This document shows positions 45,070-54,571 of a DNA stretch of 64,000 nucleotides, piece by piece. Origin of the DNA: Clostridia bacterium (GTDB lineage: Bacteria > Bacillota > Clostridia > UMGS1883); assembly GCA_045544395.1 (NCBI GenBank), contig JAZPYX010000064.1, forward strand, positions 39,411 to 103,410, read 5' to 3'. A program made the translations under genes and the position numbers. How positions within the stretch are numbered: the stretch's first letter is position 1; each line of letters opens with the position of its first letter. The notes under the pieces are model-generated. The model did not search any database and was not told the origin of the DNA. It saw only the letters and a program-made list of their open reading frames with translations.

Positions 45070-45102
45070 TTTTGTCGCCTGATATTAGTTTTTGTCTCTT
45101 GT
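45070..45102 (+). promoter_or_regulatory. Direct repeat TTTTGTC x2 with 20-bp period, upstream of the GH20 gene
   Basis: TTTTGTCGCCTGATATTAGTTTTTGTCTCTTGT. The second half overlaps a -35-like TTGTGT (45099..45104), which is 17 nt from TATAAT (45122..45127). It matches the motif at 34295..34330. Confidence 0.5.
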
Positions 45103-45149
45103 GTTTATAGTAGTCAGATGATATAATTTTTATAAAGGAGATGTTAGGT

Positions 45150-47036
45150 ATGCTCACAGACAGATATTCATCATTAGACAACAAAAAGAATTATATAAAC
45201 AGTAACGTAACTTTAAAAAACTTAACCGATGTTTGCAGGGTGTTATCGGTTGTTGCGGTTGATAACGGAAATATAACTGAAATAGAATATGTATCAACCG
45301 TTACAGATGATATAAAAACAAAAATAAAGGATTGTTTCGGAATTTCATATACATCAGTTGAAGACGGATACATTCTTGAAATATCCGATACAAAAATCAC
45401 AATATTTGCCGAAAATGAGCATGGTGCATTTTACGGCTTATTAAGTCTTCGCGACCGCGGTTTAAACGGAATTGGGAACGGTATTATATACAGCTATCCC
45501 CGACTTCCTTTCAGGATGATTAAGCTATATCTGCCTTCACACGAAAATATACCTTTTTTCAAAAGGTTCATTGATATGTGTGCTTTCTATGGCTATAATG
45601 CAATAATGCTTGAAGTCGGCGGTGCTATGGAATATAAATCCCATCCCGAGGTAAACGAAGGATGGATTGAATACAGCCGTGAAGCGTCAGAAGGTATCAA
45701 TAATCCCGATAAATACCCATACTTTCCTTTTAAGGATAAAAGGTCAAAAGAAACTCACTTCAAAAATTCTATCCACTGCGAAAATGGTGGCGGAGAAGTT
45801 CTTACTCAGGATGAAATGCGTAACCTTATAGATTACTGTGAAAAACGCTATCTTGAAGTAATTCCCGAAATGCCTTCATTTTCACATAGTGACTATCTTT
45901 TAACACGTCACAGAGAGCTTGCTGAATGGCAAGACGACCTTTACCCCGATACATACTGTCCGTCAAATCCCGATACTTATAAGTTACTTTTTGATTTATT
46001 GACAGAAATAATTGATGTATTTAAACCAAAGCGTTTAAATATCGGTCACGACGAAGTTATGGCTCTTTCCTGCAAGCTTTGCGACAACTGTAAAGAAAAA
46101 GCCCTTGACGAGCTTTATTATAACGACATTATGGAAATTTACACTTTCCTTAGAGAAAAAAATGTAAAAACAATGATGTGGTGTGAGCAGCTTATGGACT
46201 GTGTTTTCAAAAACGGAGAGCTTTCAGGCGGCGCGGCACACGATATAATAAGCTACTGGACAAAAGAGAAGCTTGGTTACAAGGAAGCAATATATTCTTT
46301 ACGGGATAAGCTTCCCAAAGACATTGAGATGCTGAACTGGTACTGGAGCATTAATGAAATATATGATAAAGATTTCCTTGAACGTGGTTTCAAGATGTCT
46401 TTCTGTAATTTTGAACCTTTGAGAGTAAAAAACATCGCAAAACGTCTTGACGCAGGTGTACACGGAATAGGTCTTTCCAACTGGAGTAAAGTTGATGAGC
46501 TTCACATTCACCGAAACGGTGTATATCTTGAAATGGCACTTTCAGCTATGATTATGTGGAATAACGATTATGATGAATTTGCCGTTGACAAAAATCTTGC
46601 AAAAGCATCGGAAAGTCTTTTAAGTTACCGCATTGCAAATTCCCCTCACAAGGCCGAAATCATACACACATTTACAAAGGATATACCTTTCAAATGGTAT
46701 GTTGACGGACTTGAGGTTGACAAGGATGAAAATATCATCGGCTGTTACAATGTTTTCTATGATGACGGCACAAAGATTTCTATACCTATGGAATACAGTA
46801 AAACAGTCGGTTTTGACCGCATAAGCCGCACTTATGAAGAACAAGACTGGTGTTACAGTAATAAAACAGACCGCAGAATACTTGACACCGGATACAGTTC
46901 AAGTCTTATTTTCCGTGGCGAAAGGGTTCTTTATAAGTATGTAATTCCGTCTGAAAAAGCTATTTCAAAAGTTGAGATAGACGTAAAAGATGAATTTAAA
47001 GAATATGTAGAAATTGAGGAAATTACCTATGCTTAA
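45150..47036 (+). CDS. GH20 family glycoside hydrolase (beta-N-acetylhexosaminidase-like)
   Basis: It has the GH20b-like segment ..HGAFYGLLSLRD.. and the catalytic-type segment ..LNIGHDEV.. (the H-x-G-x-D-E region). The ATG at 45150 is 9 nt after AAGGAG, whereas the ATG at 45141 abuts the RBS. Confidence 0.7.
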   Translation: MLTDRYSSLDNKKNYINSNVTLKNLTDVCRVLSVVAVDNGNITEIEYVSTVTDDIKTKIKDCFGISYTSVEDGYILEISDTKITIFAENEHGAFYGLLSLRDRGLNGIGNGIIYSYPRLPFRMIKLYLPSHENIPFFKRFIDMCAFYGYNAIMLEVGGAMEYKSHPEVNEGWIEYSREASEGINNPDKYPYFPFKDKRSKETHFKNSIHCENGGGEVLTQDEMRNLIDYCEKRYLEVIPEMPSFSHSDYLLTRHRELAEWQDDLYPDTYCPSNPDTYKLLFDLLTEIIDVFKPKRLNIGHDEVMALSCKLCDNCKEKALDELYYNDIMEIYTFLREKNVKTMMWCEQLMDCVFKNGELSGGAAHDIISYWTKEKLGYKEAIYSLRDKLPKDIEMLNWYWSINEIYDKDFLERGFKMSFCNFEPLRVKNIAKRLDAGVHGIGLSNWSKVDELHIHRNGVYLEMALSAMIMWNNDYDEFAVDKNLAKASESLLSYRIANSPHKAEIIHTFTKDIPFKWYVDGLEVDKDENIIGCYNVFYDDGTKISIPMEYSKTVGFDRISRTYEEQDWCYSNKTDRRILDTGYSSSLIFRGERVLYKYVIPSEKAISKVEIDVKDEFKEYVEIEEITYA

Positions 47037-47163
47037 ATTTCTTGCTTTTGCAGATTTTCATTATGAAAAAATGACATTCTGCACTTCTGTTGAAGACCTT
47101 GAAAATGGGAACTCACTTGAAATTGTCAAGAATAATCTTAATAACAGAGATGTGCAGAAATAA
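47029..47163 (+). pseudogene. 44-codon stub resembling a metallophosphoesterase N-terminus
   Basis: It encodes MLKFLAFADFHYEK.., which is like the calcineurin-type (hydrophobic)x(S/A)DxH motif I, then stops after 44 codons. It overlaps the GH20 stop by 8 nt. Confidence 0.3.
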
Positions 47164-47257
47164 GTTTTTAAAAGGAAGTTTACTGCATAATCTTATTTGC
47201 CTCCGGAATCCATAAAAATCTTTTCAAAAAAATACACGTAAATTACTATACAGAAAA

Positions 47258-47294
47258 AAGAAACGCAAGTGGAATACTATCACTTACGTTTCTT
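47258..47294. terminator. Bidirectional terminator
   Basis: The stem AAGAAACGCAAGTG / CACTTACGTTTCTT has one mismatch and is flanked by A and T runs. Confidence 0.65.
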
Positions 47295-47308
47295 TCTTTT
47301 ATTTATCT

Positions 47309-47689
47309 TTATTCTTCATCTTTTTTCTTTTTTATCATAGAATTAACTTTTTCAAAAGCTACGGGAATATAGTCAACAAGCTTATCAAGAGGGGTATTAT
47401 TTGAAGAAACAGGAATCAATTTTATCTGATCAGGTGCCACTATCAGAAAACCGATAGGAGAAATTGAAACACCTGCACCGCTTCCCCCACCAAAAGCTTC
47501 ATTTCCGGGGTTTTTTGCAGGAATATCACTTCCACCTGCCGCAAAACCAAACCCAACCTTTGATATAGGTATAATCATTGTTCCGTTGCTTGTTTCAACA
47601 GGATCGCCAATTATGGTATTTACATCAATCATTCCCTTGATATTTTCCATAACTGTACTCATTAAATTATTAATAGGATGCTCGCCCAT
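47309..47689 (-). CDS. ytfJ: Sporulation protein YtfJ (GerW family)
   Basis: 126 aa. The segment ..IIGDPVETSNGTMIIPISKVGFGFAAGGSD.. is the characteristic YtfJ/GerW core. Confidence 0.85.
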   Translation of the reverse strand: MGEHPINNLMSTVMENIKGMIDVNTIIGDPVETSNGTMIIPISKVGFGFAAGGSDIPAKNPGNEAFGGGSGAGVSISPIGFLIVAPDQIKLIPVSSNNTPLDKLVDYIPVAFEKVNSMIKKKKDEE

Positions 47690-47691
47690 TT

Positions 47692-48234
47692 TTACTCCTC
47701 CTTACCCTTTTTGGGATTTTTATTAAAAAAATTACAAGCAATAATTATAATATAGACAAAGCGGCTCTTAATTATACATTCTCCGTCTGCCTGAAAAACA
47801 GTATTGACATAATCCGGATTTACCGTAACTTTATGCTCATCAATAAAAATAATTTTTCCGATTATTCCAACAAGTGCATATATTGTCGCCCATAAAGAGC
47901 CAGCACTTATTGCGGTTGTAGCTGCATCACCTGTCCCTACAACTACATCAAGTCTGATAATTTCTATTTTTGTATATTTTTTTAGTAGTGCAGTAATTTT
48001 AGAATAGCTCTTTTTAAAGTTCTTCAGCTTTTCTGTAAGGGAAAGTGTATCCTTTTCAAACCCTGCCACGTCCGATGTGTTTTTATCGCCTTTCTTTTTT
48101 CCTTTATACACTTTAAAGCCGTATAAATAAACATCAAAATATAGCTTTTTTTGTTTATAACGGATAATTGCTTTCACAGGTGCTGACAATATAAAGACAG
48201 CTAAAACAAGAAAAACCACTACGATTGTAATCAT
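47692..48234 (-). CDS. DUF2953-like membrane protein (YtfI-like)
   Basis: It has an N-terminal TM helix and lies immediately upstream of ytfJ, as ytfI does in Bacillus. The family assignment is from memory only. Confidence 0.5.
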   Translation of the reverse strand: MITIVVVFLVLAVFILSAPVKAIIRYKQKKLYFDVYLYGFKVYKGKKKGDKNTSDVAGFEKDTLSLTEKLKNFKKSYSKITALLKKYTKIEIIRLDVVVGTGDAATTAISAGSLWATIYALVGIIGKIIFIDEHKVTVNPDYVNTVFQADGECIIKSRFVYIIIIACNFFNKNPKKGKEE

Positions 48235-48237
48235 AAA

Positions 48238-48888
48238 TTATTCTTCTTCCTCCGCAATTACTATGTCAAATTCATCCTGTACATAATCTTTAGATTGCTC
48301 TTCATTTTCGTTTGCAACCTTTTCTATAATATCTGTCGGTTTATTATCTTCTTCTATGATTTCTCTCTCAGGAAGAGGTGGTAATTCTTCAAGAGACTTC
48401 AATCCGAAACATCTTAAAAATTCCGTAGTGGTACCGTAAAGAATAGGTCTTCCCGGAGTCTCTGCCCGTCCGAGTTCATCAATAAATCCTCTTTCAAGAA
48501 GCCTTGCAACAGAATAGGTGCAATCAACCCCACGAATGAAATCCATTGTGCCCTTTGTCACCGGCTGATTGTATGCAATAATAGAAAGTGTTTCAAGAGC
48601 TGCAGAAGAAAGTCCTGCCTGTCTTTTTATCTGAGTAACACGCTGAATACATTCATAATAATCCGGGTTTGAACACATCTGTATGGAATTTTCAATTTCA
48701 ATAAGCTTTATTCCGCGATTTTCACTCTCGTACTTTTTTTTAAGCTTCTTAAAAGCCTCTTTAACTTCTTCCTCTCTTATTTCCAGAGCTTCAGCTAATT
48801 TTTCCGTTTCTACCGCTTCACCAAGTGAAAAAAGGACCGCTTCAAGTGCACACTCAATATTCTTCCCAATTGTCAAGTTCCACATCAT
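48238..48888 (-). CDS. scpB: Segregation and condensation protein B
   Basis: The segments ..ALEAVLFSLGEAVETEKLAEAL.., ..ALETLSIIAYNQPVTKGTMDFIRGVD.. and ..GRPILYGTT.EFL..FGL are typical of ScpB. The start is ambiguous (ATG 48888/48885 after GAGGTG, or GTG 48903). Confidence 0.85.
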   Translation of the reverse strand: MMWNLTIGKNIECALEAVLFSLGEAVETEKLAEALEIREEEVKEAFKKLKKKYESENRGIKLIEIENSIQMCSNPDYYECIQRVTQIKRQAGLSSAALETLSIIAYNQPVTKGTMDFIRGVDCTYSVARLLERGFIDELGRAETPGRPILYGTTTEFLRCFGLKSLEELPPLPEREIIEEDNKPTDIIEKVANENEEQSKDYVQDEFDIVIAEEEE

Positions 48889-49603
48889 TTTCACCTCGTT
48901 CACAATACAAACTGTTTCCTTTTTCTATCACCAAAACGACATTTTCCTTTATCAGTTCAAGCAATGCAAGAAATGTAGCAACATATTCCCCGCGGACTCT
49001 AAGCCCTTGAAACAAAGATTCAAAAGCAGCCTGTTCACCTTTTTTAAGCTTTCCCAGAACTGATTTTGACGCACTTCTTACCGAATAATTTGTCCTGCCG
49101 ATAACCCGTTTAAATGTTTTCGGGTCTATGGGTTTTCTGCTTGCACTTCTGTCAATAATGGCAAAAAAAGCTTCAAAAAGCTTCTCTATCGGTATTTCCT
49201 TGTTTTCAGTCTTGACCTTTGGTAAATCGAGCTTTTCAGCACCCTTAAAAACAACATTATCCATACTATGACTAAGCTTGTCCATTTCACCTGAAATTTC
49301 CTTGTAACGCTTATACTCTATAAGTCTGTCCTGAAGTTCTGCCCTTGGGTCTTCCTCTTCTTCCTCTTCCACAGGGAGAAGCATTTTCGACTTAATGTAC
49401 AAAAGCTGCGATGCCATGACAAGAAATTCACCGCCCAGCTCCATATCAAGCTCCTGCATAAGTGCAATATACTCAAAATACTGGTCGGTAATGAGCGATA
49501 TCGGAATATCGCAAATGCTGACTTTATTTTTACTTATAAGGTGTAAAAGCAGGTCAAGCGGCCCTTCAAACACCTCTGTTTTAAAAGAAAGTTCACTCAT
49601 CAT
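48854..49603 (-). CDS. scpA: Segregation and condensation protein A
   Basis: It has the N-terminal kleisin signature ..FEGPLDLLLHLISKNKVSICDIPISLITDQY... Confidence 0.9.
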   Translation of the reverse strand: MMSELSFKTEVFEGPLDLLLHLISKNKVSICDIPISLITDQYFEYIALMQELDMELGGEFLVMASQLLYIKSKMLLPVEEEEEEDPRAELQDRLIEYKRYKEISGEMDKLSHSMDNVVFKGAEKLDLPKVKTENKEIPIEKLFEAFFAIIDRSASRKPIDPKTFKRVIGRTNYSVRSASKSVLGKLKKGEQAAFESLFQGLRVRGEYVATFLALLELIKENVVLVIEKGNSLYCERGENDVELDNWEEY

Positions 49604-49612
49604 CTTTCCGCC

Positions 49613-50302
49613 TTACATAAATATTGTTATAAGCCACGAAAATAGCTTAAACCATAAACTGTATAAAGGACTTATAAAAAGAGACAGAACTCTTCCAAGA
49701 ATACCTGTTAAAGAAAGCAACATCAATACAGGGAAACCGAATCTCTCGTACATTAACAGTTTATTGTATTTATCATTCGGCAAAATTGCACCCAGAATTT
49801 TGCTTCCATCAAGAGGCGGAAACGGTATAAGATTGAATACGGCAAAGCTTATATTTACAAATGCAAGCTGTAAAAATACGTTGTAAATAAATTCAGTAAT
49901 AAAGTTAGGAAATTTTGTTAAAACAAAAGAAAAGTATATAGCTGCGAATATTGTAGAAACAAATGCAAGCACAATGTTTGACAAAGGCCCTGCAAGTGCT
50001 GTTATCGCACTACCCTTCTTTCTGTCACGGAAATACATAGGGTTTATCGGCACAGGCTTAGCCCATCCAAAGCCGAAAAGCACCATACATACAGCACCCC
50101 ATATATCCAGATGACTCATAGGATTAAGTGACAGCCTTCCGCTGTATTTTGCCGTAGGGTCTCGTAATTTATATGCAACAAATCCATGAGCACACTCATG
50201 AACGGTTATTGCTGTGAAAAGAACAATTAATCTTGCAAGAAGATCTGAAAGTGAACTAGAAAAAATACCCAAAACTACACCACCATAAAAATATATTATC
50301 AA
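49613..50302 (-). CDS. Site-2 protease family (M50) membrane metalloprotease
   Basis: It has the HExxH motif (VHECAHG) in a TM helix and several further TM segments. The start is uncertain (TTG at 50302 with a weak RBS). Confidence 0.75.
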   Translation of the reverse strand: MIIYFYGGVVLGIFSSSLSDLLARLIVLFTAITVHECAHGFVAYKLRDPTAKYSGRLSLNPMSHLDIWGAVCMVLFGFGWAKPVPINPMYFRDRKKGSAITALAGPLSNIVLAFVSTIFAAIYFSFVLTKFPNFITEFIYNVFLQLAFVNISFAVFNLIPFPPLDGSKILGAILPNDKYNKLLMYERFGFPVLMLLSLTGILGRVLSLFISPLYSLWFKLFSWLITIFM

Positions 50303-50450
50303 TTACATTTTACCACAATTATCCTTCAATTGTCAACCAAGCACCTTCACCTTAATATATTTTTTACAAAAATGCCACAGAACAACCAAAATTTACATAA
50401 ATGATTTTTGATATTTACGCAGAATATTAATAGCGAAGGAGTGATTAACT

Positions 50451-51662
50451 ATGAAACACAAAAAAATTATTTCAGGACTTGCAGCACTTGCAATGCTGCA
50501 AGCATCTGCATTTGCAGACGTAAACTATACCGTTCAGAAAGGAGACAGTTACTGGAAAATATCGCAAAAATTCAACACCTCGCTTACAAAAGTTCTTGAT
50601 GCGAATAATGCTTCATCAAATTCCGCACTTGCAGTTGGTCAGGTAATTAAAATTCCGTCTGACACATATACAGTACAAAAAGGCGACTCGTTTTTTCTGA
50701 TTGCTGAACGCTGTAACGTCAGCATGTATGAACTAATGAAAGTTAACGGAGCAACACAAAGCAGTGTTCTTTATGAAGGAAAGAAGATTAAATTACCCTC
50801 AACACAATCCGGTTACACTACGTACACAGTACAGAAGGGCGATACATACTGGACAATTTCACAAAAATACGGAATAAGCCTTAACGAGCTATTGACAGCT
50901 AATAATGCTACCAATAATTCTTACCTCAATATCGGTGATAGCGTTGTCATTCCACAAAGTGTATCGTCAGGCGGTAGTTCTTCAGGTTCGGGAACTTCTT
51001 CATCCCCTTCCGTAACATATAAAACCTATACAGTAAAAAGCGGTGACACGTTGTGGAATATAGCTATTTCGCAGGGTATTCCTTATCAGGAACTGCTTGA
51101 AACCAACAATCTTACCCAATCAAGCTATATTTATACAGGGATGAAGCTGACAATTCCTGTTCATAACATACCCGTAAAGTATGCACCTTCCGGTTATGGC
51201 GAGCTTCTGGACTGGTTCACCGAAGCACAGTATGTAATACCCATAAACACAAACTTTACGATAGTTGACCTTGCTACAAAGAAAAGCTTTAATGCCCGCA
51301 GGACTGTAGGTTCCGGGCACGCTGACTGCGAACCGCTTACTGCAAATGACACTGCGATTATGAAGGAAATCTGGGGAGGCACTTTTAACTGGAATAAGCG
51401 AAGTGTGCTTGTAAAATATAACGGCAGAACAATTGCCGCAAGCATGGCAGGAATGCTTCACGCCGGCAATGAAAACGCCCCCGGTGGCGCGTGGACAAGT
51501 TGGCGAAGCGACAACTACGGTGCAGGTGAAAACTATGATTATGTAAAAGGCAACAATGCTCATGGACATTTTGATTTATATTTTTATAATTCAATCGGAC
51601 ATAGTTCTCCCACGACAAACAAAACACATCAGGCAAATATATTAAAAAGTGCAGGAAAATAA
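50451..51662 (+). CDS. Secreted protein with four LysM domains and an unassigned ~170-aa C-terminal domain
   Basis: It has a signal peptide and four copies of YTVQKGD(S/T)(Y/F/L)W.I(S/A).. modules. The C-terminal region (..GHADCEPLTAND..) is unrecognised. Confidence 0.8.
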   Translation: MKHKKIISGLAALAMLQASAFADVNYTVQKGDSYWKISQKFNTSLTKVLDANNASSNSALAVGQVIKIPSDTYTVQKGDSFFLIAERCNVSMYELMKVNGATQSSVLYEGKKIKLPSTQSGYTTYTVQKGDTYWTISQKYGISLNELLTANNATNNSYLNIGDSVVIPQSVSSGGSSSGSGTSSSPSVTYKTYTVKSGDTLWNIAISQGIPYQELLETNNLTQSSYIYTGMKLTIPVHNIPVKYAPSGYGELLDWFTEAQYVIPINTNFTIVDLATKKSFNARRTVGSGHADCEPLTANDTAIMKEIWGGTFNWNKRSVLVKYNGRTIAASMAGMLHAGNENAPGGAWTSWRSDNYGAGENYDYVKGNNAHGHFDLYFYNSIGHSSPTTNKTHQANILKSAGK

Positions 51663-51703
51663 ATTCCGTACTTTTTCTATGAAAGTCGGGTAAATTCATG
51701 AGA

Positions 51704-51755
51704 AATAACGGCACAGAGAGCGTAAACCAAAGCTTACCCCCTCTGTGCCGTTATT
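51704..51755. terminator. Bidirectional terminator (15-bp stem, 22-nt loop)
   Basis: AATAACGGCACAGAG ... CTCTGTGCCGTTATT lies between convergent genes. Confidence 0.65.
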
Positions 51756-51770
51756 AACTTGCTTATACGA

Positions 51771-52060
51771 TTATTTTGTCCCTGAAAAGTTAAATGAATT
51801 AAAATCAATCGGTTTACACCATGGAGAAACACTCTTCAGGCCTTTCCAGATGTAAATAGATTCTCCTTCATTTTTTTCAACATTTGTATATGTAATTCCC
51901 GGCTCAGCTTTATATGAAACCGCTTTTTTGAATTGATTATCGTTATTCTCACTAATGACAAAACCATTTTCTGCATGAACATAAAACACATTTGTGTTCA
52001 AAGCAAAAACTATTGATATTGCAGTAATAACAGCAACGATAATCTGTTTTGTTTTTTCAT
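51771..52060 (-). pseudogene. Small membrane-anchored/secreted protein gene with an apparent frameshift in an A6 run
   Basis: A strong RBS (GAGGGGGG) and an ATG at 52058-52060 open a 16-codon frame. The 76-codon ORF 51771..52001 is in a different frame. One extra A in the A6 run (52052..52057) would give MKKTKQIIVAVITAISIVFALNTNVFYVH... Confidence 0.45.
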
Positions 52061-52114
52061 AATACCCCCCCTCGTAGACAAGCCTTATACGCTCCGACTT
52101 GCTAAGTGTTATAT

Positions 52115-52699
52115 TTAATCAGTTCCCGTAAGAATTTCAGAAATTAAATTTCCTTCATAAAACATGGACGCAAAATATGATTTTTCAATACTGTTTATTT
52201 CTGCATCCGGATTATTGCTGTCATCGTAATAGTTTACCGTTGCTATAATACCGATAACAAGGTATGAAATAATAAGTCCGCTTAAAATACCAACTGCTAT
52301 GCCAAGTACAGAGTTAATCTGCTTAATTACGGGAATTTTAGCAACAAGATTAATTGAATGTGCTAAAATTGCCACAATAAATTTCACCACAACACTAAGT
52401 AAGACAAAGCTTATTACAGAAGATGCAATCATTGAAAAAGTCTGTGCTGCTCCCTCTGAAAGAGCTTCAGTTACAACTGAATTTCCGTATGTAGCAACAA
52501 ATTTTTCTATAGCAAATTCCCGTAGACTGTCACCCATAACACTGTCGTTTATTATAACAGCTATGGGTCTGTACAGAAGCATACTTAAAAGCATAGAAAT
52601 AAGAGTTGTAGACATTCCCACAAGACTTCGTATGAAACCTCTTTTATACCCGGCATATGCAAATAATATAATTGCGATAATCAAAATTAAATCAGCCAC
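52115..52699 (-). CDS. cvpA: CvpA family membrane protein
   Basis: It has a GTG start after AAAGGAAAG. The N-terminus MADLILIIAIILFAYAGYKRGFIRSL and four TM helices are typical of CvpA. Confidence 0.75.
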   Translation of the reverse strand: MADLILIIAIILFAYAGYKRGFIRSLVGMSTTLISMLLSMLLYRPIAVIINDSVMGDSLREFAIEKFVATYGNSVVTEALSEGAAQTFSMIASSVISFVLLSVVVKFIVAILAHSINLVAKIPVIKQINSVLGIAVGILSGLIISYLVIGIIATVNYYDDSNNPDAEINSIEKSYFASMFYEGNLISEILTGTD

Positions 52700-52713
52700 G
52701 GTAACTTTCCTTT

Positions 52714-53844
52714 CTATTCAAGTATTTTACTTTCTGAGCTACTGATAACAAATACGTGTTTATTATCGGCAAATAAAGCCATTTTTTCAATATTTGAATC
52801 CGAAACTACAGTTTCTTTTTCCTTTAATCTACCATCTGTTATAATTACTTTTTTACCGTATGCCATGGAAACCGCGCTGTCAGTAACACTTAAAGCATCA
52901 ATCTTAGCATCAAAAGTCTTTTCTGCCACAACTTTTCCAAGTCTGTTAAATATTTTAACATCCGTAGCACTTGTATGCATTATTCCATTTTCAGATGAAA
53001 ACGCCAACACAAGCATATCCGCTTCTGATATGTCAGCCTTCAGGATTTTTTTATCTTTATAGGTGTAATCCCATTTTTGGGTACCGTCTGAATTAAATCC
53101 GATAAGGCTATTATTTCCAAATGCTACAGCATTATCGTTTTTATATATTTCAACCTCAAAGAATAGTTCGGATTCATAAACATGCTTTTGAATAACTTTA
53201 GCATCTTTTATATTAATAAGTGAAATTTCACCGCAAAGCTTATCATTATCCGCAGCTGCTGTGCTGATAATAATAGCATTATTTGAATGATTAATAACAC
53301 CGTCCAGATACTCACTTTCACTTATATCCCACTTGAAAATTGCTTCACCGTTTCTGTTAAAAACAAGACATTCGCAATTATATCCTTCCTTTTCTGTAGC
53401 AACAAGCAGATATCCGTTAGAATTAATTTTTGCCTTGACTATTTTATTTTCTAAAGCTACAGAATATGCTTTCCTGTCATTTTTATATACTTCGGCATTC
53501 ATAGAGTCTTTATCAAAAACAACCGAATAATCTCCCGATGAATGTAAGTAAGGCTCAGAATAAGTTAAATCAATTTTTGTGCCTTCAGCTTTTTTATTAA
53601 GAACACTGAATGTAGATGGAGTTACGTAAACAATTTTATCGCCTATACGTCTTACATCACTTTTCAGATACATGTCGTTTCTGATGTTCTCTCCTTCATC
53701 GCTTACGATTTTACTGCTTTCATCCTTGCCGAATTTAAAAACATCACGGTCACGGTTCTGATAGTATACAATAACAAGTAACGCTGCAACAACAAGAAGT
53801 GCCGATATATTTTTTAGCAATGAAATTAATTTATTTTTATTCAT
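52714..53844 (-). CDS. Membrane-anchored protein with repetitive beta-rich ectodomain, uncharacterised (possibly DUF5711-like)
   Basis: The ATG at 53842-53844 (MNKNKLISLLKNISALLVVAALLVIV) follows GGAGG. It has a single N-terminal TM helix. I recognise no catalytic motif. Confidence 0.5.
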   Translation of the reverse strand: MNKNKLISLLKNISALLVVAALLVIVYYQNRDRDVFKFGKDESSKIVSDEGENIRNDMYLKSDVRRIGDKIVYVTPSTFSVLNKKAEGTKIDLTYSEPYLHSSGDYSVVFDKDSMNAEVYKNDRKAYSVALENKIVKAKINSNGYLLVATEKEGYNCECLVFNRNGEAIFKWDISESEYLDGVINHSNNAIIISTAAADNDKLCGEISLINIKDAKVIQKHVYESELFFEVEIYKNDNAVAFGNNSLIGFNSDGTQKWDYTYKDKKILKADISEADMLVLAFSSENGIMHTSATDVKIFNRLGKVVAEKTFDAKIDALSVTDSAVSMAYGKKVIITDGRLKEKETVVSDSNIEKMALFADNKHVFVISSSESKILE

Positions 53845-54571
53845 AATTAACCTCCACAAGAGAAAGTCCCTGAGGCGGAGCTGTTATTCCCAAAAGCCGC
53901 CTGTCTTTCTTTTTTATAAGTTCACTTATATCTTCTGCACAAAGCTTTCCGTTACCTACGTAAACTAACGTTCCGGTTATTATACGCACCATATTATACA
54001 AAAACCCGTCTGCTTTTGCACGGATAGTTACTACATCGTTTTCTTTATAAACTGTAAGCTCCATAAGATTTCTGACCGTCGTTTTAACAGAACTTCCTGC
54101 AGCACAGAATGATGCAAAATCGTGTTTCCCCCGGATTATTTCTGCTGCAATCTGCATTTTATCAACATCGAGCTTTATAGGATAATGCCACACATAGTTT
54201 CTGAGAAGAGGATCGTTAAAACATCTGTTAAGTATTTTATATTCATATGCTTTTGAAACAGTTCTGAAGCGTGCATTAAAATCGTCATCAACACATTCAC
54301 ACTTGTACGCACGAATATCATCCGGAAGCATCGTATTAAGGACAAACGGAATTTTCTCGCAGGGAATTGTCGTTTCTCCGCTGAAGCTGCAAACATAACT
54401 TTTTGCATGAACTCCTGCATCTGTTCTTGAACATCCCGTTACTGCAGTCGGCTTACCAAAAACCTTTTCAAGCAAGCCTTCAAGAACCTCCTGAACAGTT
54501 ATTCCGTTTTTTTGAACTTGCCACCCATGATAGTTCGTACCGTCATAAGCCATTGTAAGTTTATATGTCAT
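53837..54571 (-). CDS. truA: tRNA pseudouridine(38-40) synthase
   Basis: It has ..MAYDGTNYHGWQVQ.. and the catalytic-Asp motif ..CSRTDAGVHA... It follows ecfT, as in many Firmicutes. Confidence 0.9.
   Translation of the reverse strand: MTYKLTMAYDGTNYHGWQVQKNGITVQEVLEGLLEKVFGKPTAVTGCSRTDAGVHAKSYVCSFSGETTIPCEKIPFVLNTMLPDDIRAYKCECVDDDFNARFRTVSKAYEYKILNRCFNDPLLRNYVWHYPIKLDVDKMQIAAEIIRGKHDFASFCAAGSSVKTTVRNLMELTVYKENDVVTIRAKADGFLYNMVRIITGTLVYVGNGKLCAEDISELIKKKDRRLLGITAPPQGLSLVEVNYE

Noticed and set aside
50408-50599. 63-aa plus-strand ORF overlapping the start of the LysM protein gene
   Set aside because: It is in a different frame from the LysM gene, which has a clear RBS and signal peptide. It has no RBS of its own.
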